The translations under genes and the position numbers were made by a program. From positions 6,709 through 70,708 of the forward strand of contig CAYFIW010000001.1 of the NCBI GenBank assembly GCA_964343265.1: a stretch of DNA of 64,000 nucleotides, given 5' to 3'. This DNA comes from an uncultured Dehalococcoidia bacterium. GTDB lineage: Bacteria > Chloroflexota > Dehalococcoidia > Lucifugimonadales > UBA826. The notes under the pieces are model-generated. The model was not told the DNA's origin. It made no database searches and saw only the letters and a program-made list of their open reading frames with translations. Within the stretch, counting starts at the first letter, position 1. The number at the start of each line of letters is the position of its first letter. This document shows, piece by piece, positions 9,083 to 20,144 of this stretch.

Positions 9083-10285
9083 TTAGCTCGAAATCTTCAT
9101 AGCATTAACTACCGTTTCCATATCCTTATCCCCACGCCCAGATAATCCAACAAGTATTATCTGATCTCCACTTAAAGTAGGAGCTAACTTAGAAACGTAA
9201 TAGATAGCATGGGCGGGCTCAAGGGCGGGAATTATTCCCTCTGTTTCACACAATAATTTGAACCCGTCAAGGGCATCATCATCATTCACACTAACATATT
9301 CCGCTCTACCTACATCACTAAGCCAACTATGCTCCGGTCCTACACCAGGATAATCAAGTCCAGCGGAAATGCTGTGAGTTTCTATAATCTGACCATTTTC
9401 GTCTTGAATCAAGTATGTCTTACTCCCGTGTAAAACTCCTACATCTCCCGCAGTTATTGTTGCCGAGTGCCGCCCCGTATTAACACCTTCACCCCCCGCC
9501 TCAACTCCCACCAATCTTACATCTGGGTCTTTTATAAAGTCATAAAACAATCCGATAGCATTACTTCCGCCACCTACACACGCAATAGCATAATCTGGCA
9601 ACCTTCCTACTTGACGCAAGATCTGTTCTTTTGCTTCCAGTCCTATAATTTTCTGGAAATCTCGAACGATCATCGGATACGGATGCGGACCTATGGCACT
9701 TCCAATTAGGTAATATGTATCACCCACATTTGTAACCCAGTCTCTTATCGCTTCATTCACCGCATCTTTCAAAGTTTTACTACCAGAACTTACAGACCTC
9801 ACTTCAGCCCCGAGTAGTTTCATTCTAAAGACATTTAACTCCTGACGACGAATGTCTTCTTCACCCATGTACACAATACATTCCAGCCCCAGCATTGCAC
9901 AGACAGTTGCCGTTGCAACCCCATGTTGACCAGCTCCTGTTTCAGCTATGATGCGTTTCTTGCCCATCTTTCTGGCCAATAATCCCTGTCCAAGTGCGTT
10001 GTTAATTTTATGAGCACCCGTGTGTGAAAGATCTTCTCTTTTCAGATATATTTGAGCGCCTCCTAACTTATTAGTTAGGTTTTTGGCAAAATAAAGTTCT
10101 GTGGGACGACCCACAAAACTTTTGAGCAGATCATTCAGTTCCGAATGAAAATCCTCATCATCCATAACTTCCCTGTAAGCAGACTCTAGTTCATATACAG
10201 CGGGCATTAGGGTTTCTGGAACAAATCGCCCTCCATATTCTCCAAATCTACCCAGATTATCAGGAAGATCATTTACGTTTTGCAT
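9083..10285 (-). CDS. trpB: Tryptophan synthase beta chain
   Basis: Motifs [16 protein letters not shown] and [11 protein letters not shown] (PLP lysine), plus a GGGSNAIG loop. No trpA is adjacent. Confidence 0.95.
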   Translation of the reverse strand: MQNVNDLPDNLGRFGEYGGRFVPETLMPAVYELESAYREVMDDEDFHSELNDLLKSFVGRPTELYFAKNLTNKLGGAQIYLKREDLSHTGAHKINNALGQGLLARKMGKKRIIAETGAGQHGVATATVCAMLGLECIVYMGEEDIRRQELNVFRMKLLGAEVRSVSSGSKTLKDAVNEAIRDWVTNVGDTYYLIGSAIGPHPYPMIVRDFQKIIGLEAKEQILRQVGRLPDYAIACVGGGSNAIGLFYDFIKDPDVRLVGVEAGGEGVNTGRHSATITAGDVGVLHGSKTYLIQDENGQIIETHSISAGLDYPGVGPEHSWLSDVGRAEYVSVNDDDALDGFKLLCETEGIIPALEPAHAIYYVSKLAPTLSGDQIILVGLSGRGDKDMETVVNAMKISS

Positions 10286-10556
10286 ATTCGCTCATACCCC
10301 TGTGTTTGTTGGGAATCTTTGGATCATGCTAAATAAACTATGACTAATTATATCGCTCAGCACATCATTCTGGACAACTATTTTTTGAAATCATGGATTA
10401 TTTGGTAGCAAGGACAGCTAATACTAGATCTAGATGAAGTCAAAAAAACTAAGAGCACCATATGCTTGCCTTAATAGGTTTTTAAATTTACCTACCTAGC
10501 ACAACAAACACTCAGATCGTGAAAAATATGGCTATGGTTACAGATTTGAGATAATA

Positions 10557-11378
10557 CTAGGACTTTACAGCCACCACATCCAACCAGTTTCTCGGAACAT
10601 GGGTGACGCCTAATTCAGAATATGTTTGCCTAACACCTTCCTGAAGTGCTGCCGAGGCCTTATCAAGTGGTACTCCGGGCATTGTGCCTTCAATGAAATC
10701 AGAAAATGTACTTATATCCAACCATCCCTCTATAGGCACAGAAACAGTATCAACTTCTTGTTTCACTATAGTGAGGCCATTTCGGGACATCAACTCACCA
10801 TATTCTTCAGGAGTCAATTGCTTTCGTGATTCAACCTTATGAGCATCTCTCTGAGGCTTTAATCCGTATTCTTTCCTAAGTATTCTCATCGCCTTTAACA
10901 TCCATTTGCTATAAAAGGCAGCAGAATCCTCATGCTGACCTCCCTCATAAAAAGATGTGTTAAAAGCAAACTTCCCACCGGGTCGCAACGAGTTTGCAAT
11001 ATCAGCAACTACCGCATCTTTATCCGGCACATAATGAATTGCATTGCAATACACTATAGTATCAACGGACTCCTTAAGAGCATCTGAAACGTTTTCAACC
11101 CCGAGCTGGACATACTTGACCGCGTTATTAGATATATCCTTTAACTCGTCCATCGCGGATTTTAGAGCAATCGATGAGTGATCCAAGGCTATCACAACTG
11201 TGTCACGAGTCCGATTGATTCTCTCCAATATTAATCTTGTCACACCACCGGCACCGCAAGCCAGATCAACAACTCTTTTATCAGAGCTGACGTCAGCCAT
11301 ATCTACCAGACGTGCATTAAGGCTTGCATAAAATTCATTCTTAGAAAATGTTGCAAATGTAAAATCGCTACCTGCCAT
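10557..11378 (-). CDS. Class I SAM-dependent methyltransferase
   Basis: Motif I VVDLACGAGGVT, downstream acidic residue (ALD) and a LRPGGKF motif. Confidence 0.8.
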   Translation of the reverse strand: MAGSDFTFATFSKNEFYASLNARLVDMADVSSDKRVVDLACGAGGVTRLILERINRTRDTVVIALDHSSIALKSAMDELKDISNNAVKYVQLGVENVSDALKESVDTIVYCNAIHYVPDKDAVVADIANSLRPGGKFAFNTSFYEGGQHEDSAAFYSKWMLKAMRILRKEYGLKPQRDAHKVESRKQLTPEEYGELMSRNGLTIVKQEVDTVSVPIEGWLDISTFSDFIEGTMPGVPLDKASAALQEGVRQTYSELGVTHVPRNWLDVVAVKS

Positions 11379-11571
11379 TTCCCCTATTCCCCTGTAACCA
11401 TTAATCTAGTTTATTGTCGACTTACTATTTTCTACAAATAAAACATGATGAGATAACTCAAACTGTGTCCCTCAAACCATGTTTATTAACATTCGCTCAA
11501 TGTTGCTTTCAGTATAGCAGAGGTATAAACCAACGTCTTTACATGACATAGACTCTATACATGCCTATTTC

Positions 11572-13041
11572 TTAATTACTATGCTTTACCAGCCTGTGTG
11601 GCGTCCATAATGTGATAACGCCCCCAAAAGCAACTAGAAATACACCTAGTATAAAAGCCCTCCGCATCCCTGCTGTAAATGCCATAGACAAACCATCAAT
11701 AACTACTCCGCCAGCTGAGTTGCTCAAAGCTGAAAGATCAGGCATGAAGCCTTTGGATGCCATCATCAAAACAACCAACGTAGTTCCAACTGAGATTCCT
11801 GTTAAATTGCCAGAGGTTCTCACCATATTTACCAAAGCAGATACAACACCAAATCTTTGCCTTTCTACAACGCTCATTACAGACGCAGTGTTTGGAGATC
11901 CAAATATACCGTTACCTACACCCATCATCATCATACCAACGGAAGCAATATATGGAGAAGATCCAACCTCAAGAGTTGAAAGAATAATCAGACCGATCGT
12001 CCAACACATAAGACCACCTACAGCGGGCCATTTCGTACCTATCCGATCGGAGAGCTTTCCACTTAAAGGGCCTGCCAAAGCCATCATTACGGAACTCGGT
12101 GCAAGAAGAAGTGCGGCTTTGTATTCTTCCATCCCAGATACTTGTATAAGGAAAAATGGAAGTAGAAAGTAAGCTGGAGATCCAGCCATGAAAGCCAAAT
12201 ACCTTGAGGCCATCCCTATAGAGAAAGTTGGGATTTTAAACAGCCTTAAATCAATCATTGGGTCGGCGTAGGTTAGCTCTCGATAAACAAACAAGATTGC
12301 AAGAACTGAGAATGCAGAAAACCCTACCAAAACTGGCCAACTAGTCCAGCCCAACCTATATGAATAAGTCATGGACAAAAGAAAAACTGTCAAGGCCGAG
12401 GCAGAAAGCAATGCCCCTGCCCAATCAAAACTCGAAATTTTAGCTGGTCCGTCTTTATCCTCCCTTTCTTCTACATCTTTTATGACAAATAAAGACACTC
12501 CCAAAGCGATCATCCCAAGGGTTAATGTTCCAATGTATATTGATCTCCACCCAAAAAAGCCGATTAAGGTTCCACCAATCACGGGGCCTCCAACAGCACC
12601 TAGGCCTATAATCGTCATGTATAAACCAATTGCCATTCCTCGCTGTCGATCAGGAAATGCTTCCGCCATAAGAGCCATCCCATTTGCCTGTACCATCGCA
12701 GCCCCAATTCCCTGCAGAGCTTTAGCAGATAGGAGAACAAGTAACCCAGAGGAAAAGTAAGCAAAAAAAGCTCCTAGGGAAAAAATTAGCAATCCGCAAC
12801 AGTAGATAAACCTCCTCCCAAAAAGATCTGAGATTCGTCCCATTGGAAGTAAAAGAGCGCTAATACATAGAGTGTATAGAAGATACATCCATTGCACCGT
12901 AGGAATATCTACAGTTAATTCATCGCTTATAGCAGGTAAAGCAATATTAGTGCCAGTTTGGTCGGCCACTGTAACAAATGCGCCCAGGGCTACCGATGTG
13001 TAAACCCACCATTTTCGTGATCCAGATATATTTTTACGCAT
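11572..13041 (-). CDS. MFS transporter, DHA2 family
   Basis: Motifs GRISDLFGRRF and ADQTGTNIALPAI, with about 14 hydrophobic segments. The track start at 13101 is a TTG giving an atypical extension. The ATG at 13041 (MRKNISGSRKWW...) gives the usual short cytoplasmic N-terminus. Confidence 0.8.
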   Translation of the reverse strand: MRKNISGSRKWWVYTSVALGAFVTVADQTGTNIALPAISDELTVDIPTVQWMYLLYTLCISALLLPMGRISDLFGRRFIYCCGLLIFSLGAFFAYFSSGLLVLLSAKALQGIGAAMVQANGMALMAEAFPDRQRGMAIGLYMTIIGLGAVGGPVIGGTLIGFFGWRSIYIGTLTLGMIALGVSLFVIKDVEEREDKDGPAKISSFDWAGALLSASALTVFLLSMTYSYRLGWTSWPVLVGFSAFSVLAILFVYRELTYADPMIDLRLFKIPTFSIGMASRYLAFMAGSPAYFLLPFFLIQVSGMEEYKAALLLAPSSVMMALAGPLSGKLSDRIGTKWPAVGGLMCWTIGLIILSTLEVGSSPYIASVGMMMMGVGNGIFGSPNTASVMSVVERQRFGVVSALVNMVRTSGNLTGISVGTTLVVLMMASKGFMPDLSALSNSAGGVVIDGLSMAFTAGMRRAFILGVFLVAFGGVITLWTPHRLVKHSN

Positions 13042-13149
13042 GCAGTCAATTGAAACCTTTTTGAAAAAATAAAGGGTAATTAGCTTAAATAAATCAAACA
13101 ACCAGCTAATAACTTTTTAGAAAATTACACCAGGTCACATCATGCAAGG

Positions 13150-15126
13150 CTACGGATCTACAGGAACAGTATCTATCTTGATTGAAGTTGGGTGAATTGT
13201 ATCCCGAGAGGTTCCAGAAATCACCATTACTGCTTCATCCACACTAGTACCAAATCCCTCTATTTCGAACCTAGCACGATTAAATTCATCAAAATTTATC
13301 TCAGAGACTGCAAAATCACCATCAGTTTTAAAAGTTATGAGCCGGCCAATAAAATTTTGCTTACGGGGAGCGTCAATCAAAACAAATCCCTCTGAATCCC
13401 ACCTTGTATCATCCGGTTCCAACCGTAGTTCAAGGGCAGGTAATTCTACCGCCCCTAACATAAACCCATCTCTATGAACTGCATCATCAGTAACGTATTC
13501 AAACCTCAACTTTATCTCTTTGCCTGAGTAATTATCTAGGCCTACCAAACGAGTATCCCAATTTCCATATCCCGTGTAACCATAACCATAGTTGTTTCCA
13601 GAAGGATTCGAATCAGTTGTACCGGAAGCTCTTGTTGTCTTCCAAGTTTCACCGTTATCTTCAGAAACTGAAACGTAGGTATAATCCCAATCTTTTTCAA
13701 TGTCGTACCACGCTTCAAACGAAAGATAAGGATTAATAACATCTCTAAGATCAAGATTTAAAGTCAACTTTGTATTAATAGAGTCGCCACGATTGGACCA
13801 CCAGCATTTTGAAGAACATTCCGTCAAGAATCTTGGGGAAATTTGGTCACCCCTTAGAGATACTAACGTTTTTTCACCTGGAGCATCTCCCTGTCTAGGA
13901 ATTTTGAAATACCTAGCACCATATTGCGGAATCTGATGCCTAGATCCACCCCATGGAATTAGAGACTCCTTAGCAGTAATAGCTAATGCCCAGTCAGAAT
14001 ATGAATAAACCCCTTCCACAGACCCAACATAATTAGCAACTATCCAATCCGAGAATTCATTATCAAAACTAGTCCCTTGTTTGGTAAGCCAAGAATCAAC
14101 TCCATTAATGCCGTCCTCTTCGAGCTCAGCTAGTTCACCCAGGCTATCAATACCACCATTTCTTCCTGCAGAAAACATAAAAAACAGTGATGAAGCCCCA
14201 TAGTGTGGAACTGTCTCCGATGGGTCATCCGGCCAGTGGACAAGGGAAATAGATGGAGAATCTAGAAAATATTTTGTAAAAGAACTTTCAAATCCAGCAA
14301 TGTAGGAAGCTACTTCTGACAGTCCTTCGTTGACCCAAGACTCTTCACCTCGATCCAAATTGTCGTGAATAGCGTGTTGATACTCATGTGTTAAAACCGC
14401 CAAATATTTAGATGTTAGTGGAGAGATTTTTAAAGGGTCCATATAAACCATCTCCCTTTGATTACTGGAAGGATGCACCCATTTGTACTGAGTATCTTGA
14501 CTTCCAAAATAACCGGCAGCTCCATTTAGGGGCGTATTTAGGACAACAAGCCTGTCATCACCATCGATACCAGGTTTGTTTATGTCACCAAATGTGGAAA
14601 TGATGATTGGGCGAATATCGGTTTCCCATCTTTCAGATGCTGCATCAAAAGAACTTGGAGATATATCGAGAGAAGTATCTAAGTACCAGTAAACATTCTC
14701 CGTAATTTTTATAAGTTCAGCCTCAATTTCATACGTTTGAGCACTCAGAGGATCAGTGACTGTAAAAAATACCTCCTCACCAACTTTTCTAGCGTCTTCT
14801 ATTCTTGAAGGCACTGTTGCCTGTTGATTCAAAGTCTCATTCGAGCGATATCTTTTGGCCAAACTTTCTAAGTCACGTTCAGGTGGAACATCACCTAGAT
14901 TTTTATTATCGGGGATAGGAGTAACAGTTGGCTGTACCTTCAGTTTTATAGGATTCTGAGGCTGATTTTTTACGGACACCTCTTGCAAATTCTCATTCTT
15001 CTTATCAGAAGTATCAACATATACCTGTGTATCTTTTACTTCACTAGTTGAACAGCCAATAAAAACGCTCAAAATGACAAGCCAAAACCAAGACCTTGGA
15101 AAATTCATAATTCTAATTGAATTCAC
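13150..15126 (-). CDS. Secreted lipoprotein zinc metallopeptidase (HExxH, clan MA; M30/M6-like features)
   Basis: Lipobox FIGC-S. The zinc site is LTHEYQHAIH ... WVNEGLSE (HExxH plus a downstream Glu). The C-terminal motif WYDIEKDWDYTYVSVSEDNGETW resembles the domain seen in immune-inhibitor-A-type proteases. Confidence 0.7.
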   Translation of the reverse strand: MNSIRIMNFPRSWFWLVILSVFIGCSTSEVKDTQVYVDTSDKKNENLQEVSVKNQPQNPIKLKVQPTVTPIPDNKNLGDVPPERDLESLAKRYRSNETLNQQATVPSRIEDARKVGEEVFFTVTDPLSAQTYEIEAELIKITENVYWYLDTSLDISPSSFDAASERWETDIRPIIISTFGDINKPGIDGDDRLVVLNTPLNGAAGYFGSQDTQYKWVHPSSNQREMVYMDPLKISPLTSKYLAVLTHEYQHAIHDNLDRGEESWVNEGLSEVASYIAGFESSFTKYFLDSPSISLVHWPDDPSETVPHYGASSLFFMFSAGRNGGIDSLGELAELEEDGINGVDSWLTKQGTSFDNEFSDWIVANYVGSVEGVYSYSDWALAITAKESLIPWGGSRHQIPQYGARYFKIPRQGDAPGEKTLVSLRGDQISPRFLTECSSKCWWSNRGDSINTKLTLNLDLRDVINPYLSFEAWYDIEKDWDYTYVSVSEDNGETWKTTRASGTTDSNPSGNNYGYGYTGYGNWDTRLVGLDNYSGKEIKLRFEYVTDDAVHRDGFMLGAVELPALELRLEPDDTRWDSEGFVLIDAPRKQNFIGRLITFKTDGDFAVSEINFDEFNRARFEIEGFGTSVDEAVMVISGTSRDTIHPTSIKIDTVPVDP

Positions 15127-15691
15127 TCATTGCAGCGTCTATATCATTTGAAAGTAGGTACGGCATAATTTGAACAGCGTTTTCAAGAGTAATACCTATT
15201 TTTTCCATTTCTTCTTTATTTGGTTTGCCCAAGACGTACCCAATTTGATCTTCATTAATTGAGGGAGAGCCAACACCGATCCGTATCCGCGGAAAATCGC
15301 TTGTATTTAAAGAAGATATGATTGATCTCATGCCATTATGCCCACCAGCGCTACCTTTTGCCCTAAGTCTAAGTTTTCCAGCCGGAATATGAATATCATC
15401 ATAGACAACCAAAACATGACTAAGTTCTAAGTTGTATCTAGAAACCAGATATCTGAGACTGTCTCCACTATTATTCATGTAAGTTCTAGGTTTACACAGC
15501 AAAATAGATCCCTCTTCAGACCATACAAGTTCTGAAATGAGAGTTGACCGATGAACGCGTGAAAAGCTGGTTCGATTCTTCTTCGCTATAAGGTCCACTA
15601 GCCAAAATCCAGCATTGTGCCTAGTTTGATTATACTTGGACCCAGGATTACCCAAACCTACAATCAATAAATCTGGTTTACCGTTTTCCAT
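15113..15691 (-). CDS. pth: Peptidyl-tRNA hydrolase
   Basis: Motif LIVGLGNPGSKYNQTRHNAGF. The track start at 15754 adds 21 atypical residues. The ATG at 15691 (MENGKPDLLIVGLGNPG) is more typical. The gene overlaps the downstream peptidase gene by 14 nt. Confidence 0.9.
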   Translation of the reverse strand: MENGKPDLLIVGLGNPGSKYNQTRHNAGFWLVDLIAKKNRTSFSRVHRSTLISELVWSEEGSILLCKPRTYMNNSGDSLRYLVSRYNLELSHVLVVYDDIHIPAGKLRLRAKGSAGGHNGMRSIISSLNTSDFPRIRIGVGSPSINEDQIGYVLGKPNKEEMEKIGITLENAVQIMPYLLSNDIDAAMSEFN

Positions 15692-15883
15692 AACTCGGAA
15701 GTCCTTTTCTACGCAATAAGTCCGCAATTCTACCTGGTCTAGATCGAAATTCATTTAGGAAAACTATCTAGAATCCGCTCAATCTGTAAATCATGTACTG
15801 ATAGTTTAACAATAAGCAAAAAGTAGATGAGTGATCAAGAAATGTCTGTGATAAATACTAAGATGGACAAACAGAATACAAAG

Positions 15884-16399
15884 TTAAACCCCAATAGCAT
15901 TGTCAAAAGCGTCTTCAGAGTAAGTAGCTCCTGAAAGAGAGATTCTTATAACATCGGCGCCTGTGAAATCAGCTCCACTCAGATCTGCATTATCCAGACG
16001 AACCCGGTATAAAGAAGCACCTTTAAAATTAGCTCCCCTGAGATCTGACCCGTGTAAGTCCGCACCTATCACCCTTGCGGTAGTTTGAATAGAATTAGAA
16101 GCGGCACCACTTAAATTGGATCCCTCAAAATTTGCATTCCTAAGATTCACATTTTTCATTTCAGCTACCGAAAAATTGGCTCGAACTGCCGTAACATGCT
16201 CCATATTTGCCCCATTTAACAGAGCACCTCTAAGGTTTGACCTGGAAAAATCACACCAACTTAGGTCAGATTGTTGAAAATTTGCACCAGCCAGATTTGT
16301 CCGTGACAAATCTATGCCAGATAGACACAAACCAGCCATAGACTTTCCCAGAGAAGCCATCTCAATCACCATTTCTCTCGTCAAATTCTCCGAGTCCAT
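15884..16399 (-). CDS. Pentapeptide-repeat protein
   Basis: Tandem A(D/N)LxG-type pentapeptides run throughout (LSRTNLAGANFQQSDLSWCDFSRSNLRGALLNGANM...). Confidence 0.85.
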   Translation of the reverse strand: MDSENLTREMVIEMASLGKSMAGLCLSGIDLSRTNLAGANFQQSDLSWCDFSRSNLRGALLNGANMEHVTAVRANFSVAEMKNVNLRNANFEGSNLSGAASNSIQTTARVIGADLHGSDLRGANFKGASLYRVRLDNADLSGADFTGADVIRISLSGATYSEDAFDNAIGV

Positions 16400-16416
16400 A
16401 TAAGCCTTTTTGATTT

Positions 16417-18153
16417 TTATTTCATTCGGTACTGTTTATCTGCTATCCCACCTTCTGGAAGCCCTATGGGCAATTTGAATTCCAATAAATAAGGCCGATT
16501 CTCTTCTGTAACTATTTTTAGACCCCGCTCAACTGCCTCTTGAACCTTGTCTTCATCATCGATTGATTCTCCATCCATCCCAAATGCATTTGCTATCTTG
16601 AGAGGATCAATGCCGTCTAGTACTACTCCACCATATTTTCCTGTATCACTCATAGAACCACCTGCCCTCCCATAGAATCCTGCCACAATTCCATAGGCTC
16701 CATTGTTGGTAATTATGTATAAAACCGGAATATTATGATGAACTGAAGTCCACAATCCGGAATCCGCATAATAAAGTGAACCATCACCAACAAATCCCAC
16801 TACAGGGGTATCTCCTGCCGCGAGTTTTGCACCAATCGCTGCCCCTACTCCCCAACCCTCAGATCCACCACCTGCACGAAGGTATGTATTCATATTTTCA
16901 GATAGCCCAGGATTCAGCGCTTCATGTGATGCGGCGAACTGTTCATTAGTTACGATCCCACCACCAATCGCCTCTAAAGCATCATCAACGGCATCAATGA
17001 GTATCCCAGGGCGAACCTTGCCTTTAACAGGATCAGGCAGCATCGCTTCCCTTCTACCATTTCTCCAATCGGCTGCCACAGAAAGAGCTTCCTTCCGCCT
17101 ACCGTCATACTTAGAAGAAGGATATTCGTTTCCAGCTATACTAAGCAGTCGTGATAAAGCATCTCTTTCATCGGCAATAATACCCAAGTGTATGCCGGGA
17201 TAATGTGATATGTAGTCCATATCAGAACCCAGGGCGATATGTTTACCAGATCTTTCCCATAGCCTTCTAAAACCCGCATAGTCTGTAGGTTTACCAGCAC
17301 CCTGATGTCGAACTCCTATCGAAAGTATTAAATCAGGGTCATAGGACTGAGAGGCCAACTCAAATCCCCCCATATGTTGAGGATGCTTTATCGATATACC
17401 TCGATGTTCAACATATGCAGTAGTTGTCACTCCAGTTCCAAAATGAGTTGCCAAGTTCTCAGCCAACCTATCGGCACTACTTTTCCAAATGCCATCACCG
17501 GCAAAAATTAATGGACGTTCAGCCGCATCCAATGCCTCAACTATTTCTTCCAACTCAGAATCCAAAGCTATGCCTGTGCGTATTCCGATATCCGTATCTT
17601 CAATGATATCTGTCGTTACCTGACGATTTTCCAAAAGTCTATCGTATACAGCCAGATGTACAGGCCCAAACGGAGGAGTTCTTGCTACTCTTAAAGCCCT
17701 TTCTACTGCTGAAGGAAGTCCTTCTGGATCGATGACAGTCCAGGTCGCTTTTGTCATAGGTGCTGAGATAGAAGCCGGCCCATATGAATGATCCAAATCT
17801 AAATTAATTCGATCAGTCCAGCTGCCAGTATCCCCATAAAATGTAATTACTACTACAGGGAGCCCTCCATACCAAACGTTTATTAGTTGACCCATACATT
17901 GAGCTAAACCAGCTCCCAAGTGAACCAACATTACCGCAGGTTCATTGTCGACTTGGCTGTAACTACCTGCCATAGCCGTCACTGTTCCTTCATGAAGCCC
18001 TAATATACCTTGTATATTTGGGTTTCGATGCAATGCATCGAAAAATAATGCCTCACGAGATCCCGAGTTGTAGAAAAGATACTTAACATCTGATGCCACT
18101 AGTTGCTCAACCAATATTTCAGATGGGGTTCCAGTAATAGATCTCAATCTCAT
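16417..18153 (-). CDS. Thiamine-pyrophosphate-dependent enzyme (acetolactate synthase / sulfoacetaldehyde acetyltransferase-like)
   Basis: TPP motif GDGSLYY...(x)...ITNNGAYG, and an N-terminal Pyr domain YLFYNSGSRE. The refined start is the ATG at 18153, preceded by AGGAGA 7 nt upstream. The track start at 18270 adds 39 non-homologous residues and overlaps the divergent MFS gene. Confidence 0.8.
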   Translation of the reverse strand: MRLRSITGTPSEILVEQLVASDVKYLFYNSGSREALFFDALHRNPNIQGILGLHEGTVTAMAGSYSQVDNEPAVMLVHLGAGLAQCMGQLINVWYGGLPVVVITFYGDTGSWTDRINLDLDHSYGPASISAPMTKATWTVIDPEGLPSAVERALRVARTPPFGPVHLAVYDRLLENRQVTTDIIEDTDIGIRTGIALDSELEEIVEALDAAERPLIFAGDGIWKSSADRLAENLATHFGTGVTTTAYVEHRGISIKHPQHMGGFELASQSYDPDLILSIGVRHQGAGKPTDYAGFRRLWERSGKHIALGSDMDYISHYPGIHLGIIADERDALSRLLSIAGNEYPSSKYDGRRKEALSVAADWRNGRREAMLPDPVKGKVRPGILIDAVDDALEAIGGGIVTNEQFAASHEALNPGLSENMNTYLRAGGGSEGWGVGAAIGAKLAAGDTPVVGFVGDGSLYYADSGLWTSVHHNIPVLYIITNNGAYGIVAGFYGRAGGSMSDTGKYGGVVLDGIDPLKIANAFGMDGESIDDEDKVQEAVERGLKIVTEENRPYLLEFKLPIGLPEGGIADKQYRMK

Positions 18154-18268
18154 AAATTTTCTCCTGACTATTAGCCTGTCTTTTACAAGCGTTTTTGCGT
18201 GAAGGTCAGTATATCTGAACGATATGGATATTTTCGAACTTACCACTGCAAGGTATAACATAGCGTCC

Positions 18269-19753
18269 ATGCAATCGCACGTCTACAATTCTACCCACTA
18301 TAAATGGATGCTGTTTTTCGCTCTCGGGCTTGGATCTGTAATAAATGTTGCACATCACGGTAGTGTCGGAATCGCTCTACCAACAATCGCACAATTTTTC
18401 GGAGTATCGCTGACGACAATTCAGTGGGTAGTGCTAGCAGAATCTTTGACAATAAGTGCCATGTTGCTCCCTATGGGGAGACTTTCGGACATGATTGGTC
18501 GAAAGTCTATGTACATAACCGGAATCATACTCTTTGGAGTGGCATCTTTTTTAACCGGTATTTCTCCAACGTTGTCTACCTCACTAAGCGTTGGGTCACC
18601 AATTGTTCTAATTATTATTTTTAGAATATTTCAAGGTTTGGGAGCCTCTATGACTCAAGCAACAGGTATGGCAATGATAACTGCCGTATTTTCTAGTGAG
18701 GAACGTGGGAAAGGTCTAGGAGCACATGGTGCAATTATTGGAACCGGGGGAATAATTGGGCCGATAATAGGTGGGTTTCTAATCACCTATGTAGGCTGGC
18801 AGTGGGTCTTTTGGATAAATGTTCCGTTGTGTACCTTGACGTTCATAATCACTATTTTTTTAATTGATCCCGCAAGGTTCAACAAAAAATCTTCAACAAA
18901 TCAAACATACGACTGGATTGGTGCAGGATTATCAACAACAGTCTTACTTACATTCCTCATTACATTGTCGAACATAGGCAGGATCGGACTTATCTCCTTT
19001 CCAATGCTTGCAGGCACTTTGATCTTTATTGCGACACTGGTGACATTTATAAGATGGGAACTGAACAACGAATCTCCAATACTTGACTTAAGATTGTTCA
19101 ATAGCAAACTTTTCTCTATTGGTATAGTTACTAATTACCTTTCCTTTCTTGGCGTAACATCTTTTCGATTTCTAATCCCTTTCTACCTGCAAGCAGCATT
19201 AAAACTAACCCCTGCACAAATCTCATTAGTTCTCATTCCAAACGCTGTAAGCAGAATTATCCTCGGTCCCATATCAGGAAATATCTCAGATCATTTTGGA
19301 ACAAAATTATTCACAACATTAGGTCTTGGTTTATGCGCCGCCGGCTTATATCTAATGGCACTTATGGGAGAAAGCACCTCAGTTTTTTATGTTGTCGGTG
19401 CAATTCTCATTTTCAGTACCGGATCCGGGATTTTTATGTCTCCAAATAATGCTGCTATCTTCAAGTCATCGAACCAAGATCGCCACGGAGTTGTTTCAGG
19501 ATTAGTTAATCTTTCTAGAAATGCAGGAAATGTCACAGGTATAGCAATAACAACAGCTACAATTTCGGGAATTATGTTTGCTCAAGGTTATTCATCGGAC
19601 GTGGAAGCAGTACTTGGAGCTGGAGAAGGAAGTCAGCTTCTTAAAACTTTCATATCAGGAATGAAAACAGTGTACATAATAATGGGAACAATACAGATGT
19701 TTTCTGCCATGTCTCATTTTCTAGTGCGGCATCCTACTCTAATCAAATCTTAA
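18269..19753 (+). CDS. MFS transporter, DHA2 family
   Basis: Motifs GRLSDMIGRKS and LPTIAQFFGVS, with about 14 hydrophobic segments. The ATG at 18269 (MQSHVYN...) is preferred over the track start at 18224, which overlaps the divergent gene. Confidence 0.8.
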   Translation: MQSHVYNSTHYKWMLFFALGLGSVINVAHHGSVGIALPTIAQFFGVSLTTIQWVVLAESLTISAMLLPMGRLSDMIGRKSMYITGIILFGVASFLTGISPTLSTSLSVGSPIVLIIIFRIFQGLGASMTQATGMAMITAVFSSEERGKGLGAHGAIIGTGGIIGPIIGGFLITYVGWQWVFWINVPLCTLTFIITIFLIDPARFNKKSSTNQTYDWIGAGLSTTVLLTFLITLSNIGRIGLISFPMLAGTLIFIATLVTFIRWELNNESPILDLRLFNSKLFSIGIVTNYLSFLGVTSFRFLIPFYLQAALKLTPAQISLVLIPNAVSRIILGPISGNISDHFGTKLFTTLGLGLCAAGLYLMALMGESTSVFYVVGAILIFSTGSGIFMSPNNAAIFKSSNQDRHGVVSGLVNLSRNAGNVTGIAITTATISGIMFAQGYSSDVEAVLGAGEGSQLLKTFISGMKTVYIIMGTIQMFSAMSHFLVRHPTLIKS

Positions 19754-19945
19754 AATTTATCCAAACATCTGGTTTATATCCCAATCTTCATCACGGCCAG
19801 TCATAAACTAGAAGATTATGCATTGTTCTCAAATATTCATACATATGTATTCTAATTTAAACTTAAATAGTTAATAAACTAGTCATATTTACTTTATATT
19901 GTAACTAAGATAAAATTTTTATTAGTCATATTTGGGAGGTATATT

Positions 19946-20140
19946 ATGTTAGATGATCTGATGACAACCAAGGAATTAGCGGAGTATTTACAACTCGATA
20001 GGATGACCATTTACAAACTCCTAAAATCGGGAGATATTCCAGCAAATAGGGTAGGGCATCAGTGGCGATTTTTCAGGTCTGATATCGACTCTTGGATTCG
20101 CTCAAAACAGACGTCAGAAAGTATAACAACAGCTAATTAG
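19946..20140 (+). CDS. Small helix-turn-helix DNA-binding protein (excisionase/MerR-like HTH_17 family)
   Basis: Segment TTKELAEYLQLDRMTIYKLLKSGDIPANRVGHQWRF is the classic excisionase-family HTH. GGGAGG lies 7 nt upstream of the ATG. Confidence 0.8.
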   Translation: MLDDLMTTKELAEYLQLDRMTIYKLLKSGDIPANRVGHQWRFFRSDIDSWIRSKQTSESITTAN

Positions 20141-20144
20141 AACT

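Noticed and set aside
11612-12760. Long antisense ORFs within MFS transporter genes (11612-12172 and 12371-12760; similarly 4383-4715, 4857-5084, 37405-37908 and 37939-38193)
   Set aside because: They show the typical Pro/Thr/Ile-rich antisense translation of hydrophobic membrane-protein genes. The sense strand carries clear MFS motifs.
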